Of a stretch of DNA of 33,160 nt, positions 1 to 8,297 are shown piece after piece. Every line of letters begins with the position of its first letter. The stretch's first letter is position 1. Below the pieces are notes generated by a model that was not told where the DNA came from, searched no databases, and was given only the letters and a program-made list of their open reading frames with translations. The stretch is from Acetothermia bacterium UBA3574 (GTDB lineage Bacteria; Bipolaricaulota; Bipolaricaulia; Bipolaricaulales; Bipolaricaulaceae): assembly GCA_002375935.1 (NCBI GenBank), contig DFNF01000022.1, positions 1-33,160 on the forward strand, in the 5' to 3' direction. Made by a program: the position numbers and the translations under genes.

Positions 1-626
1 CCACAACTGTAGAAGATGGGCATGACCGTGGTGGAGGCCCGCTCGTACTCCCGGAACTCGGGGAGGACCTCGCAGGAGAGGGTTATCGGGACCTCCACCC
101 CCTCCTCCCGCAGGATTTCCTCCACACGCCGTTCGTGGGCGGGGTTGAGGAAAGAGAAGAGGAAGACCACCGCCACCGCCCGGATCCCCCCGGCCTTTAT
201 CCTCCCCGCCAGCTCCCGTACCGCTTCCTCGTCCAGCGGACGCACGGTCCGGCCGCGGGCGTCCAGGCGCTCGGGGACCTCCAGGCGCCAACCCCGGGGC
301 ACCAGGGGCGGCGGCCGGTCACAGAAGAGATCGTAGAGGGAAGGCCGGTTCTGGCGGCCGATCTCGAGGACATCCCGAAACCCCGCGGTGGTTATGAGGG
401 CGGTCGCCGCCCATTTCCCCTCCAGGAGGGCGTTGGTGGCCACGGTGGTCCCGTGGACGATCCTCCCGATCTCTCCCGGGGGCAGGCGTTCCAGTCCCGC
501 GAGGAAGCCCTCTTCCGGGGCCGGGGCCGTGGGCACCTTGAGGACGCGGAGCGTCCCGTCCTCGGCCCACACGAAGTCGGTGAACGTCCCCCCGATGTCC
601 ACGCCCACCAGTGTCCCGGGGTTCAT
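1..626 (-). CDS. Hydantoinase/oxoprolinase family protein (HyuA-like), N-terminal ~208 aa; the gene continues beyond the window start
   Basis: Reverse-strand translation from the ATG at 626 runs to position 1 without a stop. It gives [24 protein letters not shown]...[14 protein letters not shown]...[20 protein letters not shown]...[23 protein letters not shown]...[19 protein letters not shown], the canonical Hydantoinase_A N-terminal motifs. It is absent from the ORF track only because there is no stop codon in the window. Its ATG overlaps the upstream stop as ATGA. Confidence 0.8.
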   Translation of the reverse strand, partial: MNPGTLVGVDIGGTFTDFVWAEDGTLRVLKVPTAPAPEEGFLAGLERLPPGEIGRIVHGTTVATNALLEGKWAATALITTAGFRDVLEIGRQNRPSLYDLFCDRPPPLVPRGWRLEVPERLDARGRTVRPLDEEAVRELAGRIKAGGIRAVAVVFLFSFLNPAHERRVEEILREEGVEVPITLSCEVLPEFREYERASTTVMPIFYSC

Positions 627-1390
627 ATGGAGATGAGCTCCAGGTCCCGGGCGTCCCGGAGGGAGGTCTCAGGCCGCAATACGGCCACGGTGCGCTCCGT
701 GCCGCCGTAGGCGGAAGAGGTGAAGATGGTCAGGCACCGGTCCCCGAACAGGTACGTGGGGGCGTGGGGCTGGTGGGATCTGACCAGGGCTTTTGCGCCG
801 AGGCGGTCCATGATCTCAAAGAAAAAATCCCGGCCGAAGGTGGGCCGGCCGAAGTAGTCCCCGGCCCAGTAGCCCGGCACCTCGTCCCAGTCCCCCCAGG
901 TGATGTGCCGCCAGTTGCCCGAGCCCAGCTGAATTCCCTCGATCTCCTCCAGCTCCTCCACGTCCGGCAGCGCCCCGTGGAGGGCGAGGAGCCCCTTGGG
1001 GTGCCAGGCGGCCAAGGGGAGGTGGGCCAGGGCCTGGGCGTACGTCTCCTGCTCATAAGGGGGCAGGGAATGCCAGAAGTCGGCCGGGGAGAACGGGGCC
1101 ACCGCCCAGCCCTCGTGGTTCCCCATCAGGAGGAACACCTGTCCGGGGTGGGCGAGCTTGGCCTCAAGCAGAAGGCGCAGGTTGCCCTCCGAGTCCGGGC
1201 CCCGGTCCACGTAGTCCCCCAGGAACACGAGCACGTGGCCGGGTTTCAAGAATCGGTCGAGCACCTCCTGGCTGGCCTCCCGGTCGCCGTGGGTGTCTCC
1301 CACGAACACGGCGGTTTTATCGTTTGGAAGGCGGATCAGCCGCCCTTGTTGCCGGAATACTTCTGCCGCTTTTTCTAGCAGATCTAACAT
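623..1390 (-). CDS. Calcineurin-like metallophosphoesterase (PPP-family Ser/Thr phosphatase / ApaH-like)
   Basis: Signature motifs [16 protein letters not shown] and GNHE are present. The start was moved to the in-frame ATG at 1390 ([11 protein letters not shown]), with a TATACT -10-like box about 22 nt upstream. The stop overlaps the hydantoinase start (ATGA). Confidence 0.8.
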   Translation of the reverse strand: MLDLLEKAAEVFRQQGRLIRLPNDKTAVFVGDTHGDREASQEVLDRFLKPGHVLVFLGDYVDRGPDSEGNLRLLLEAKLAHPGQVFLLMGNHEGWAVAPFSPADFWHSLPPYEQETYAQALAHLPLAAWHPKGLLALHGALPDVEELEEIEGIQLGSGNWRHITWGDWDEVPGYWAGDYFGRPTFGRDFFFEIMDRLGAKALVRSHQPHAPTYLFGDRCLTIFTSSAYGGTERTVAVLRPETSLRDARDLELISI

Positions 1391-1546
1391 GCAGCCACTT
1401 ACCCCTGCCGGAGTATAGCGACGGCGGAGGGGGTTGGCTCTCTCAGAGCACTGGCCTTGGGAAATCGTTGAGCTTCCCTTTGGACCTGGAGGTGTGGCCG
1501 GGCAGAGGGGAAGCTGGTGCACTGCCCGCCACCCTTGGCTGGGGCG

Positions 1547-1762
1547 TCAGCTCCGGCCGCTGGTGAGCTCCTCCAAATAGCGTTCGATTTCCTCTAAGCC
1601 GTAGATGGTCTTCCCGGCCTCGTAGTCCTCCAGCCAGGCGTCGGCGATGGTGTCGTCACGCCGGATTTCGATGTCGTCTATCCCGAACACCGACACCATC
1701 CGTTTGGCTTCGTTTTCGATCTCCCGGTCCTTGACCCGGAACAGAAAACGGGGGAAACGCAT
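1547..1762 (-). CDS. Small acidic hypothetical protein (71 aa)
   Basis: The ORF has an excellent RBS: AGGAGGTGA, a 6-nt spacer, then ATG. It has no recognisable domain, is rich in D/E, and lies immediately upstream of the phosphoesterase-hydantoinase pair. Confidence 0.6.
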   Translation of the reverse strand: MRFPRFLFRVKDREIENEAKRMVSVFGIDDIEIRRDDTIADAWLEDYEAGKTIYGLEEIERYLEELTSGRS

Positions 1763-1827
1763 AGGACATCACCTCCTGGCCGAGTGTTAACCCTCGCGGC
1801 CCAGTCTTTTTCTCGGCTGGTCGGAGA

Positions 1828-2496
1828 TTATAGCGGGCCGGGGGGCCGTGGACGGCAGAGGTCGGCCAGGGGACAGCCGGGGCAGCGGGGACGGGCCCGG
1901 CAGTGTTCCTTGGCGTGCCGGACCAGCAAGGCGTGGTATTCCCCGTAGAGGTTGGCATCCCGCGGCAGGTGCTCTTCGAACAGTTTTTGCACTTCCCGGT
2001 AGGGGGGCGAGGGGTCGGGGAGGAGGCCCAGCCGGTGGAGGATGCGCTTGGTGTAGGCGTCCACCACGAAACTGGGGTGGCCGGCGGCGTAGAGGAGGAT
2101 GGAATCAGCCGTCTCAGGGCCGATCCCGGGCAGGGACAGGAGCTTTTCCCGGAGCACCTCCGCCGGCAGGGAGAGGAGGGATTCCACCCCGCCCTGGGAG
2201 AGGACCAGCTCCACCAGGGCCCGCAGGCGACGGGCCTTCTGGCGGAAGAACCCCGCCGGCCGGATCAGCTCCTCCAGCTCCCCCGGGGGGAGCCGAAAGA
2301 TGGCCTCTGGGGACAGGGCAGCCGCCGCCTTGAGCCGGGAGATGGCCCGCTCCACGTTGCGCCAGGCGGTGACCTGGGTCAACACCGCCCCCACCAGCAC
2401 CTCGAAGGGGGTCTCCGCCGGCCACCACCCCTGGGGGCCGTAGGCCCGGTACAACCGGTCGTAGATCTCGGCCAGTAGCTCCCCTGGTTCGCGCAT
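1828..2496 (-). CDS. HhH-GPD superfamily DNA glycosylase, endonuclease III-like, with a [4Fe-4S] cluster loop
   Basis: It carries the HhH-GPD motif LPGIGPETADSILLYA...VVDAYTKRI and a C-terminal C-x6-C-x2-C-x5-C (HCRARPRCPGCPLADLC). The Nth catalytic Lys position is Pro-Glu-Thr, so it is probably monofunctional. On the coding strand a TATCAT box sits 6 nt upstream of the ATG, suggesting a leaderless mRNA. Confidence 0.85.
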   Translation of the reverse strand: MREPGELLAEIYDRLYRAYGPQGWWPAETPFEVLVGAVLTQVTAWRNVERAISRLKAAAALSPEAIFRLPPGELEELIRPAGFFRQKARRLRALVELVLSQGGVESLLSLPAEVLREKLLSLPGIGPETADSILLYAAGHPSFVVDAYTKRILHRLGLLPDPSPPYREVQKLFEEHLPRDANLYGEYHALLVRHAKEHCRARPRCPGCPLADLCRPRPPGPL

Positions 2497-2595
2497 GGGG
2501 GGATGATATTTCGGTCAGGGCTGCCGGACCCATTTTGGCTGGGGGAAGGCCCCAGCCGCCAACAGATTAGCAGGACTCGACCTCCGTTCCTTATC

Positions 2596-3378
2596 ATGTG
2601 CTTTGAGGAAAGGAGGGGCTATGGGGTAGGCACGTGGTTGTCTGAGGGGTTGGAATTGTTCATCGAGCGCTGGAAGCTCCTCATGGCCGGCTTGTTGATC
2701 CTGATAGCCATTTCCTGGGTGGTAGATTTCATAACCGGTGTGGATCCAACCCTCATGTTTATGGTAAGAGTGAACGTCACCGACCCATCCGGGTCCACCA
2801 CCATTCTCCCCTTTGGGCACAGCCAAAGCTGGTGGCAGCCCTTCCTCTCGCTCTTCTACTACTTCCTCATCTTCCCCGTCCTCAGCGCCGGTTACTACTT
2901 GCTAGTCCTGCAGGCGGCCCGGAAGGAAGAGGCCGGTTTGGGGACCCTCTGGGCTCCATTTTCTCGCATTCTGTCGGTGTTGGGGGCCGTGCTCCTGTAT
3001 TTTTTGGTGGTGCTGGTGGGGTTCCTCTTGCTCGTCATCCCCGGGATCATCTGGGCCATCAAGTATATGTACGCCCCGCTGGTGGTGGTGGACCAGGGGC
3101 TGCCGGCGGCCGAGGCGCTGGGGGAGAGCGGCCGCATCACCGCTGGGTACAAGTGGAAGCTGTTCCTCATGGCGCTCGTGTTTTACTTGGTGATCGGGCT
3201 GCCGGTGGCGTTGATCTTGCAGGCCATCGCGGGCGCGTCCTTGTTCACAGGAGCGGTGCTCGCTGTGGTAGCGAACCTGTGCCTCTACCCCTGGTACACG
3301 GCCGCGTTCGTGGTGGCTTACCGCGACCTGGTGGAGGAGGCCGGGTCCGGGGTCCCGGTTCCCACTCCCGGGGCCTAG
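2596..3378 (+). CDS. Polytopic membrane protein of unknown function (DUF-type, 5-6 TM helices)
   Basis: A long ORF with multiple hydrophobic helices (LLILIAISWVV, LLVIPGIIWAIKYMYAPL, FLMALVFYLVIGLPVALIL). The start is uncertain: ATG 2596 was chosen, ATG 2503 is possible, and there is no clear SD for either. Confidence 0.55.
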   Translation: MCFEERRGYGVGTWLSEGLELFIERWKLLMAGLLILIAISWVVDFITGVDPTLMFMVRVNVTDPSGSTTILPFGHSQSWWQPFLSLFYYFLIFPVLSAGYYLLVLQAARKEEAGLGTLWAPFSRILSVLGAVLLYFLVVLVGFLLLVIPGIIWAIKYMYAPLVVVDQGLPAAEALGESGRITAGYKWKLFLMALVFYLVIGLPVALILQAIAGASLFTGAVLAVVANLCLYPWYTAAFVVAYRDLVEEAGSGVPVPTPGA

Positions 3379-3392
3379 TCCCGACGCCGGGG

Positions 3393-5204
3393 TCACTCCA
3401 CCGTGACCGTCTTGGCCAGGTTGCGGGGCTGGTCCACGTCGGTGCCCCGCAGCCGGGCGATGTGATAGGCCAGGAGCTGCAGCGGTGGGGAGAACACCAG
3501 CGGCACCAGCTCCCGGGGGGCGGGAGGGAGCAGCAGCAAGTGCCGGGCCAGCCGACGCAGCTCCGGGTCGTCCCGGTCCGAGAGCACGATCAGGATCCCC
3601 CGCCGGGCCTTGACCTCCTCTAAATTGGCCAGGGCCTTGTCCCACAGCTCCTGCTGGGTGATGAGGAACACCACCGGCAACTCCTCGTCGATCAGGGCGA
3701 TGGGGCCGTGCTTCATCTCCCCGGCCGGGTAGCCCTCGGCGTGGATGTAAGAGATCTCCTTCAGCTTCAGCGCCCCCTCCAGGGCCAGGGGGAAGAGCAC
3801 CCCGCGGGCCAGGTACAGGAAATCGGTTTTCTGGTAATAAAGCCGGGCCAGGGCCTCGATCTCCGGCTCCAGGGCCAGGGCCTTGGCCACCAGCTGGGGC
3901 GCCTTGGACAGGGTCTCAAGCCTCTCGGTGGCCTCGGCCTCCGCCAGCTTCCCCCGGGCCTGGGCCAGCCGGAGCCCCAACAAGGCCAGGGCCACCAGCT
4001 GGGCGGTGAAGGTCTTGGAGGCCGCCACCCCGATCTCCAGCCCGGCCCGCGTGTAAAGGGCCGCGTCCGACTCCCGGGGGATGGCCGAGCCCACGATGTT
4101 TGACACCGCCAGCGCCTTGGCCCCCCGGGCCTTGGCCTCCCGCAGGGCCATCAGGGTGTCCACCGTCTCCCCGGACTGAGACACCGCCACCACCAAGCTG
4201 GTCGGCCCTACCGCCGGGGCCTTGTAGCGGAACTCCGAGGCGATTTGGGCCCGCACCGGCACCCCCAGCAGGGGCTCCCACAGGTACTCGGCCACCAGCG
4301 CGGCGTGGTAGGAGGTGCCGCAGGCGATGAGCACAATGTGGTCGATTTTTTTCAGTTCCTCCGCGGCCAGCCCTTCCTCCCAGCGGCCCCACAGCTGCCC
4401 CCGCAGGGTGTCGGCCACCACCCGGGGCTGCTCGTGGATCTCCTTCTCCATGAAGTGGCGAAAGCCGGCCTTCTCGGCGGTCAGGGGGTCCCAGTCCACC
4501 CGCTGGAAGCTGGGGGCCTTGGGCTGTCCCGCCGCATCCCACAGCTCCACCCCCTGGGGGGTGACGCGGGCTACCTCCCCATCCTCCATGAAATAGAACT
4601 CCCGGGTGTAGGGGAGCAGGGCCGGGGCGTCGGAGGCCACCAATCCCTCCCCGGGCAGGTTCCCGATCACCAACGGGCTCCCCTTCCTGGCCACCACGAT
4701 CTCCTGGGGGTGGGCCACGTGCACGGTGGCGATGGCCAACGCCCCCTCCACTTGCCCGATGGCCTGCCGTACTGCCTGAGCCAGGTCCCCCTGATAGGCT
4801 TCCTCCACCAAGTGCACCAGCACCTCGGTGTCGGTTTGGGAGCGGAAACGGTGCCCGGCAGCCTGGAGTCGGTCCCTGAGTTGGCGGTGGTTCTCGATGA
4901 TCCCGTTGTGCACCAGGGCGATTTTTTCCTGACAGTCAACGTGGGGGTGGGCGTTTTCCTCGTTGGGGAGGCCATGGGTGGCCCAGCGGGTGTGGCCTAT
5001 GCCCAGGTGCCCGGGGAGCTGGTTTTGAGCGGCCGCCTCCCGCAATTTGGCGATCTTGCCCACCCGGCGCAGGAGCTGGAGTTTCCCCTGGTGCACCACT
5101 GCCAGGCCAGCCGAGTCGTAGCCCCGGTACTCCAACCGGCCCAGGCCTTCCAGCAGCACCTCTCGGGCCGGCCGGGGGCCCACATAACCCACTATGCCAC
5201 ACAT
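3393..5204 (-). CDS. glmS: Glutamine--fructose-6-phosphate aminotransferase (isomerising)
   Basis: MCGIVGYVG N-terminal nucleophile Cys2, a glutaminase domain and two SIS domains, 603 aa. It is collinear over its full length with the GlmS family. Confidence 0.95.
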   Translation of the reverse strand: MCGIVGYVGPRPAREVLLEGLGRLEYRGYDSAGLAVVHQGKLQLLRRVGKIAKLREAAAQNQLPGHLGIGHTRWATHGLPNEENAHPHVDCQEKIALVHNGIIENHRQLRDRLQAAGHRFRSQTDTEVLVHLVEEAYQGDLAQAVRQAIGQVEGALAIATVHVAHPQEIVVARKGSPLVIGNLPGEGLVASDAPALLPYTREFYFMEDGEVARVTPQGVELWDAAGQPKAPSFQRVDWDPLTAEKAGFRHFMEKEIHEQPRVVADTLRGQLWGRWEEGLAAEELKKIDHIVLIACGTSYHAALVAEYLWEPLLGVPVRAQIASEFRYKAPAVGPTSLVVAVSQSGETVDTLMALREAKARGAKALAVSNIVGSAIPRESDAALYTRAGLEIGVAASKTFTAQLVALALLGLRLAQARGKLAEAEATERLETLSKAPQLVAKALALEPEIEALARLYYQKTDFLYLARGVLFPLALEGALKLKEISYIHAEGYPAGEMKHGPIALIDEELPVVFLITQQELWDKALANLEEVKARRGILIVLSDRDDPELRRLARHLLLLPPAPRELVPLVFSPPLQLLAYHIARLRGTDVDQPRNLAKTVTVE

Positions 5205-5213
5205 GACAAGCCC

Positions 5214-5219
5214 ATTATA
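5214..5219 (-). promoter_or_regulatory. Perfect TATAAT -10 box 9 nt upstream of the glmS ATG (leaderless or near-leaderless transcript)
   Basis: The coding-strand sequence is gggcTATAATgggcttgtcATG. Only 66 bp separate the upstream terminator from the start, which leaves no room for a 5' UTR ribozyme. Confidence 0.4.
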
Positions 5220-5270
5220 GCCCGGGCATCACGGACCCAGGTTTCCCGGCACTTCCTTTGCCCAGGGACG

Positions 5271-5300
5271 AAAAAAGGCCGCGGGGGTTCCCCCGCGGCC
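5271..5300 (-). terminator. Rho-independent terminator downstream of the 5313..5978 gene
   Basis: On the minus strand: GGCCGCGGGGG-AA-CCCCCGCGGCC followed by TTTTTT. This is an 11-bp perfect GC stem with a U-tract. Confidence 0.7.
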
Positions 5301-5312
5301 CTAGCTCCCCCG

Positions 5313-5978
5313 CTAGCCGGCCAAGCCCAGGGCCTCCAGTATCGGGGTCAGGTCCAGGGCGGCTTGGAACTCCTCCAGGGTGGTGATCCCAAACCCCTCC
5401 ACCAGGGTGGTCAACAGGTTGAGGATCCCCTCCGGGGGGGCAGCCGAGAGGGAGGCGATCATCATGGCCGGGGGAATTCCGGCCTCGGCCAGGATCTCCT
5501 GTAACTCCGGGTTGGCCGCGAAGAAGGCCTCCAGGAGGTCCAGGAACCCCTCTGGATCCCGCTCCCGCAGAGCCACCAGCCCCTGCACCATCACCTTGAG
5601 GAAGGCGGGCAGGGTGGTGAAGTAGGGCAGCCCCACGGGCTGGCCGTCAGAGAGCCATTGGAACAGGGCCACTTGCGCGGTGGCCGGTTCCCAGCGCAGC
5701 TCCACCCACCCGCTGGGGAGAAGGTTTCCTGCAAACTGGAAGGCCATGCCCTCACTTCCCCCCAGGTTTTCTAACTTGCCCCCTACCTCCACCACGCCCA
5801 CCAGGGACACCGGCTGGTCGAACTCCACCACCAACCCGGTGACCGGCTGCCCGGTGAGGTTGAAGAACCACCCCCCGGCTACCGCCCCCGGGGGCAAGGG
5901 CAACACCCCCACCCCTTGCGCCAGGGCCCACCCGGCAACCAGTCCCACTGCTCCCACTACCACGCTCAGCTTCCTCAC
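5313..5978 (-). CDS. Secreted hypothetical protein (signal peptide, beta-rich N-terminal half, helical C-terminal half)
   Basis: GTG start with an upstream AAAAGGGGTGA. The N-terminus MRKLSVVVGAVGLVAGWALAQG looks like a signal peptide. No known domain was recognised. Confidence 0.55.
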   Translation of the reverse strand: MRKLSVVVGAVGLVAGWALAQGVGVLPLPPGAVAGGWFFNLTGQPVTGLVVEFDQPVSLVGVVEVGGKLENLGGSEGMAFQFAGNLLPSGWVELRWEPATAQVALFQWLSDGQPVGLPYFTTLPAFLKVMVQGLVALRERDPEGFLDLLEAFFAANPELQEILAEAGIPPAMMIASLSAAPPEGILNLLTTLVEGFGITTLEEFQAALDLTPILEALGLAG

Positions 5979-6075
5979 CCTGCATCACCCCTTTTCTAGT
6001 TTTTTCAGGATCCTTTTTGCCCCGTGTCTGCCCGCTCACCTCCCCGATCAGAACCCCAGGGAAACCCAGAGGAGG

Positions 6076-6801
6076 TCATTTCCAGATTTCGAACAGGCCC
6101 AAGGGTTCCTGTTCCACCTCCTCCGGGCTGGGGGAGGAGGTGGCCTTTTCCCCGGGGGGCACCGCCAGGTTCTCCTGGCAAAACGCCACGTAGGGGCAGT
6201 AGCGGCACTGATCGAACTCCCAGTCGGACTTGTCGGGCAAGGGGGGCAACTTCCCTTCCACGAAGATCAGGCGGCGCAGGGACTCGAAGGTAGTCAGCAC
6301 CCGCCGGATTTCCTCTTCATTCCGTTCCACCAGGAACTCCCGGAGCTCCTGGTTGGCCTTGTTCTCGGCCAGGATCAACCCTTGGGGGATATCGAAGTAG
6401 TGGAGGTAGAGCTGGAGCTGGAGGTAATGGTCCCGGCGGGGGGCGGTGGCCATCTGCTCGAAGTTGTAGGGGTGGACGGTCTTTATCTCCACCACGTAGT
6501 TTTTGCCCTCCAGAGAGACGATCACATCTGCCCGGCCGTGGAACAGGGGGTTTTCCGGGATGGGGGCCTCGGCGGCCACCACCACCCCCATCCCGTACAG
6601 GGCCTGGACGATGCGCTGGTGGGCGGCATCCCCCACTGCCAGCTTGCGGGCGGTCTGGCCGTCCAGGGGGGGCCGGGGGAACCCCTTGGCGGAATAGAAA
6701 ATCTGACGAGGGCACTTGGCCACCTCGCTCACGTAAAAGTAGTCCCGCACCCGAACCCGTTCCTCCCGCTGGAAGTACTCCTCAAGCCGCTCGATGAGCA
6801 T
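6076..6801 (-). CDS. Cas4-family PD-(D/E)XK nuclease with a 4-Cys Fe-S cluster signature (solitary, no cas neighbours)
   Basis: One N-terminal Cys (VAKCPRQIFY) plus C-terminal C-x2-C-x5-C (CRYCPYVAFC). RecB-like motifs are present: D..EIK (ADVIVSLEGKNYVVEIKT) and QLQLY (QxxxY). Confidence 0.75.
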   Translation of the reverse strand: MLIERLEEYFQREERVRVRDYFYVSEVAKCPRQIFYSAKGFPRPPLDGQTARKLAVGDAAHQRIVQALYGMGVVVAAEAPIPENPLFHGRADVIVSLEGKNYVVEIKTVHPYNFEQMATAPRRDHYLQLQLYLHYFDIPQGLILAENKANQELREFLVERNEEEIRRVLTTFESLRRLIFVEGKLPPLPDKSDWEFDQCRYCPYVAFCQENLAVPPGEKATSSPSPEEVEQEPLGLFEIWK

Positions 6802-6842
6802 GATGCCACAGTGTAGTGAGGCGCCCCGGCGTCAACAACCCG

Positions 6843-7469
6843 CTACCCAGCAGGACCCAGGTCCTGATGCACCACTTCCGTGTAAATCACCACCTGGGAG
6901 AATTGTTCCGCGAGCAGCGAGGTGTTCACGGCGAAGTCCGCCTCCTGGCCCGGCGCCAGGTCCACCACGAAAGCGGACGCCTCCAAAACGAGCACCCCCA
7001 GGGGGTCGTAGAACTGCACCGCCACCCGACCCTGGGCGATCTTGCGCTCCCCGATGTTCCTCACCCGCCCCTCCACCGCGGTGCCGAAGTAGGTGTCCAC
7101 CACTTCCCAGAACAGCACGTCCAAGGGGAACGACACCCCGGCTTGGATCTCGGTGGTGGTCTGGCTGGAGCGGCCCTGGGAGTCGGTGACCGTGAGCATC
7201 ACTTGGTAGTCGCCTTCGCTGCGGTAGGTGTGGGTGACCACCGCGCCTTGGGCCTCCTCCCCATCGCCGAAATCCCAGTGGTAGGCAGTGATGACACCGT
7301 CGGGGTCATATGAGAGCGTGGCGTCGAAGCTCACCCGAAGGGGCACCTCCCCCTGCAAAGGGGAGGCGAGAAAGGCGGCCACCGGTGGCTCACCTGAGGG
7401 GCCGAAACAACCGCTTACGAAGAGCAGCGCTGCCGCCAGTCCCCACCCTGCCAAGAGCTTCCCCGTCAT
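6843..7469 (-). CDS. Lipoprotein with a PKD domain
   Basis: The lipobox is LLFVSGC. The PKD motif is VSFDATLSYDPDGVITAYHWDFGDG...HTY...YQVMLTVTD. RBS GAGAGGAGGAAGGGC precedes the ATG. Confidence 0.75.
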   Translation of the reverse strand: MTGKLLAGWGLAAALLFVSGCFGPSGEPPVAAFLASPLQGEVPLRVSFDATLSYDPDGVITAYHWDFGDGEEAQGAVVTHTYRSEGDYQVMLTVTDSQGRSSQTTTEIQAGVSFPLDVLFWEVVDTYFGTAVEGRVRNIGERKIAQGRVAVQFYDPLGVLVLEASAFVVDLAPGQEADFAVNTSLLAEQFSQVVIYTEVVHQDLGPAG

Positions 7470-7564
7470 GCCCTTCCTCCTCTCTCACCCTCCCCTGAAC
7501 AAACCCCCCGGGCAGCTGGAGCCTGAGGGGGACTCGGCCGCAGGGTAGAGCTTGGTCTCACTGG

Positions 7565-7981
7565 TCAGCGCTGGGGCGGAGGGGGCTCCACCACCAGGCT
7601 CACCCGCAAAGTGAGGCCTCCCAAGGCGAGTTCCAGGTCCAGGAAACCGGACTGCCACTCCAGCCCGGTCCCCTCAAGCACCAATGGGGAGGGCCCTCTC
7701 TCCAGGCCGGAGGGAAACAGGGAGAAGGAGGCCCCCGCTTGGTAGCGGAGGTTCCCCAGCTGTCCGTGGAAAGACAGGGTGTGGAAGCTCGTCCCTGGGG
7801 AAAGGGGGTCCCACCGGCTCACCCATTCCCAGCCGGCCAGGCTCACCCGCAAGGTGAGGGTCTGGGAAAAGGTCCACTCCCCCCCGCTCAGCGACAACTG
7901 GGAACTCCAGCTCCCAGCCACCTCCCCCAAAACTGGGAGAGTGATCAAAAGTCCTGCCAGCACCCCGGCTAACAACCGCAT
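7565..7981 (-). CDS. Secreted hypothetical protein (138 aa)
   Basis: The internal ATG at 7981 gives MRLLAGVLAGLLITLPVLGEVAG, a signal peptide. The upstream part of the track ORF lies in the lower-GC intergenic region and lacks coding character. Confidence 0.5.
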   Translation of the reverse strand: MRLLAGVLAGLLITLPVLGEVAGSWSSQLSLSGGEWTFSQTLTLRVSLAGWEWVSRWDPLSPGTSFHTLSFHGQLGNLRYQAGASFSLFPSGLERGPSPLVLEGTGLEWQSGFLDLELALGGLTLRVSLVVEPPPPQR

Positions 7982-8297
7982 CTCAGCTAGATAATAGCGA
8001 GTTCGCGGCGCCAGGGGAAGAGGGGGCCTTTCCCCCAAGCGGGACGCACGGAGAGTGTCCCCCTGGGTGGCACGTGCTTCACGAGGGAACGGCATTTCGC
8101 TGGCTGGCCGTTTGGGGTAATATCCCCCGGCTCGTCCGCAAGCCCCACTTGGTGCTCGGTTCCCAAGGCCGGGCGGGGATATCGGGGCAGGTGGCGCGCT
8201 CGCAAGTCGGCAGTACAGGGGGCAATTCGAAAAAAAGCATAAGGAGCACGCCATCCAGGTCTGAGGGATCTGGGTGGCAGGAAAGGAGGGATTTTTA

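Noticed and set aside
2503-2595. An alternative ATG start at 2503 for the membrane protein (6 bp from the divergent glycosylase start)
   Set aside because: It would leave no intergenic space for either promoter and would add a 31-aa Pro-rich non-conserved N-terminus. ATG 2596 was preferred, but the start remains uncertain.
5205-5312. A possible glmS ribozyme upstream of glmS
   Set aside because: Only 66 bp lie between a strong terminator and the ATG, with TATAAT 9 nt from the start. That is too short for the ~170-nt ribozyme, and no conserved ribozyme core sequence is visible.
5979-7564. A CRISPR array or additional cas genes near the Cas4-like gene
   Set aside because: No direct repeats with regular spacing were seen anywhere in the window. 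The flanking genes encode secreted proteins and lipoproteins.
8070-8077. The palindrome GCACGTGC in the acs upstream region as an operator
   Set aside because: 8-bp palindromes are expected by chance many times in 33 kb. There is no supporting dyad partner or promoter alignment.
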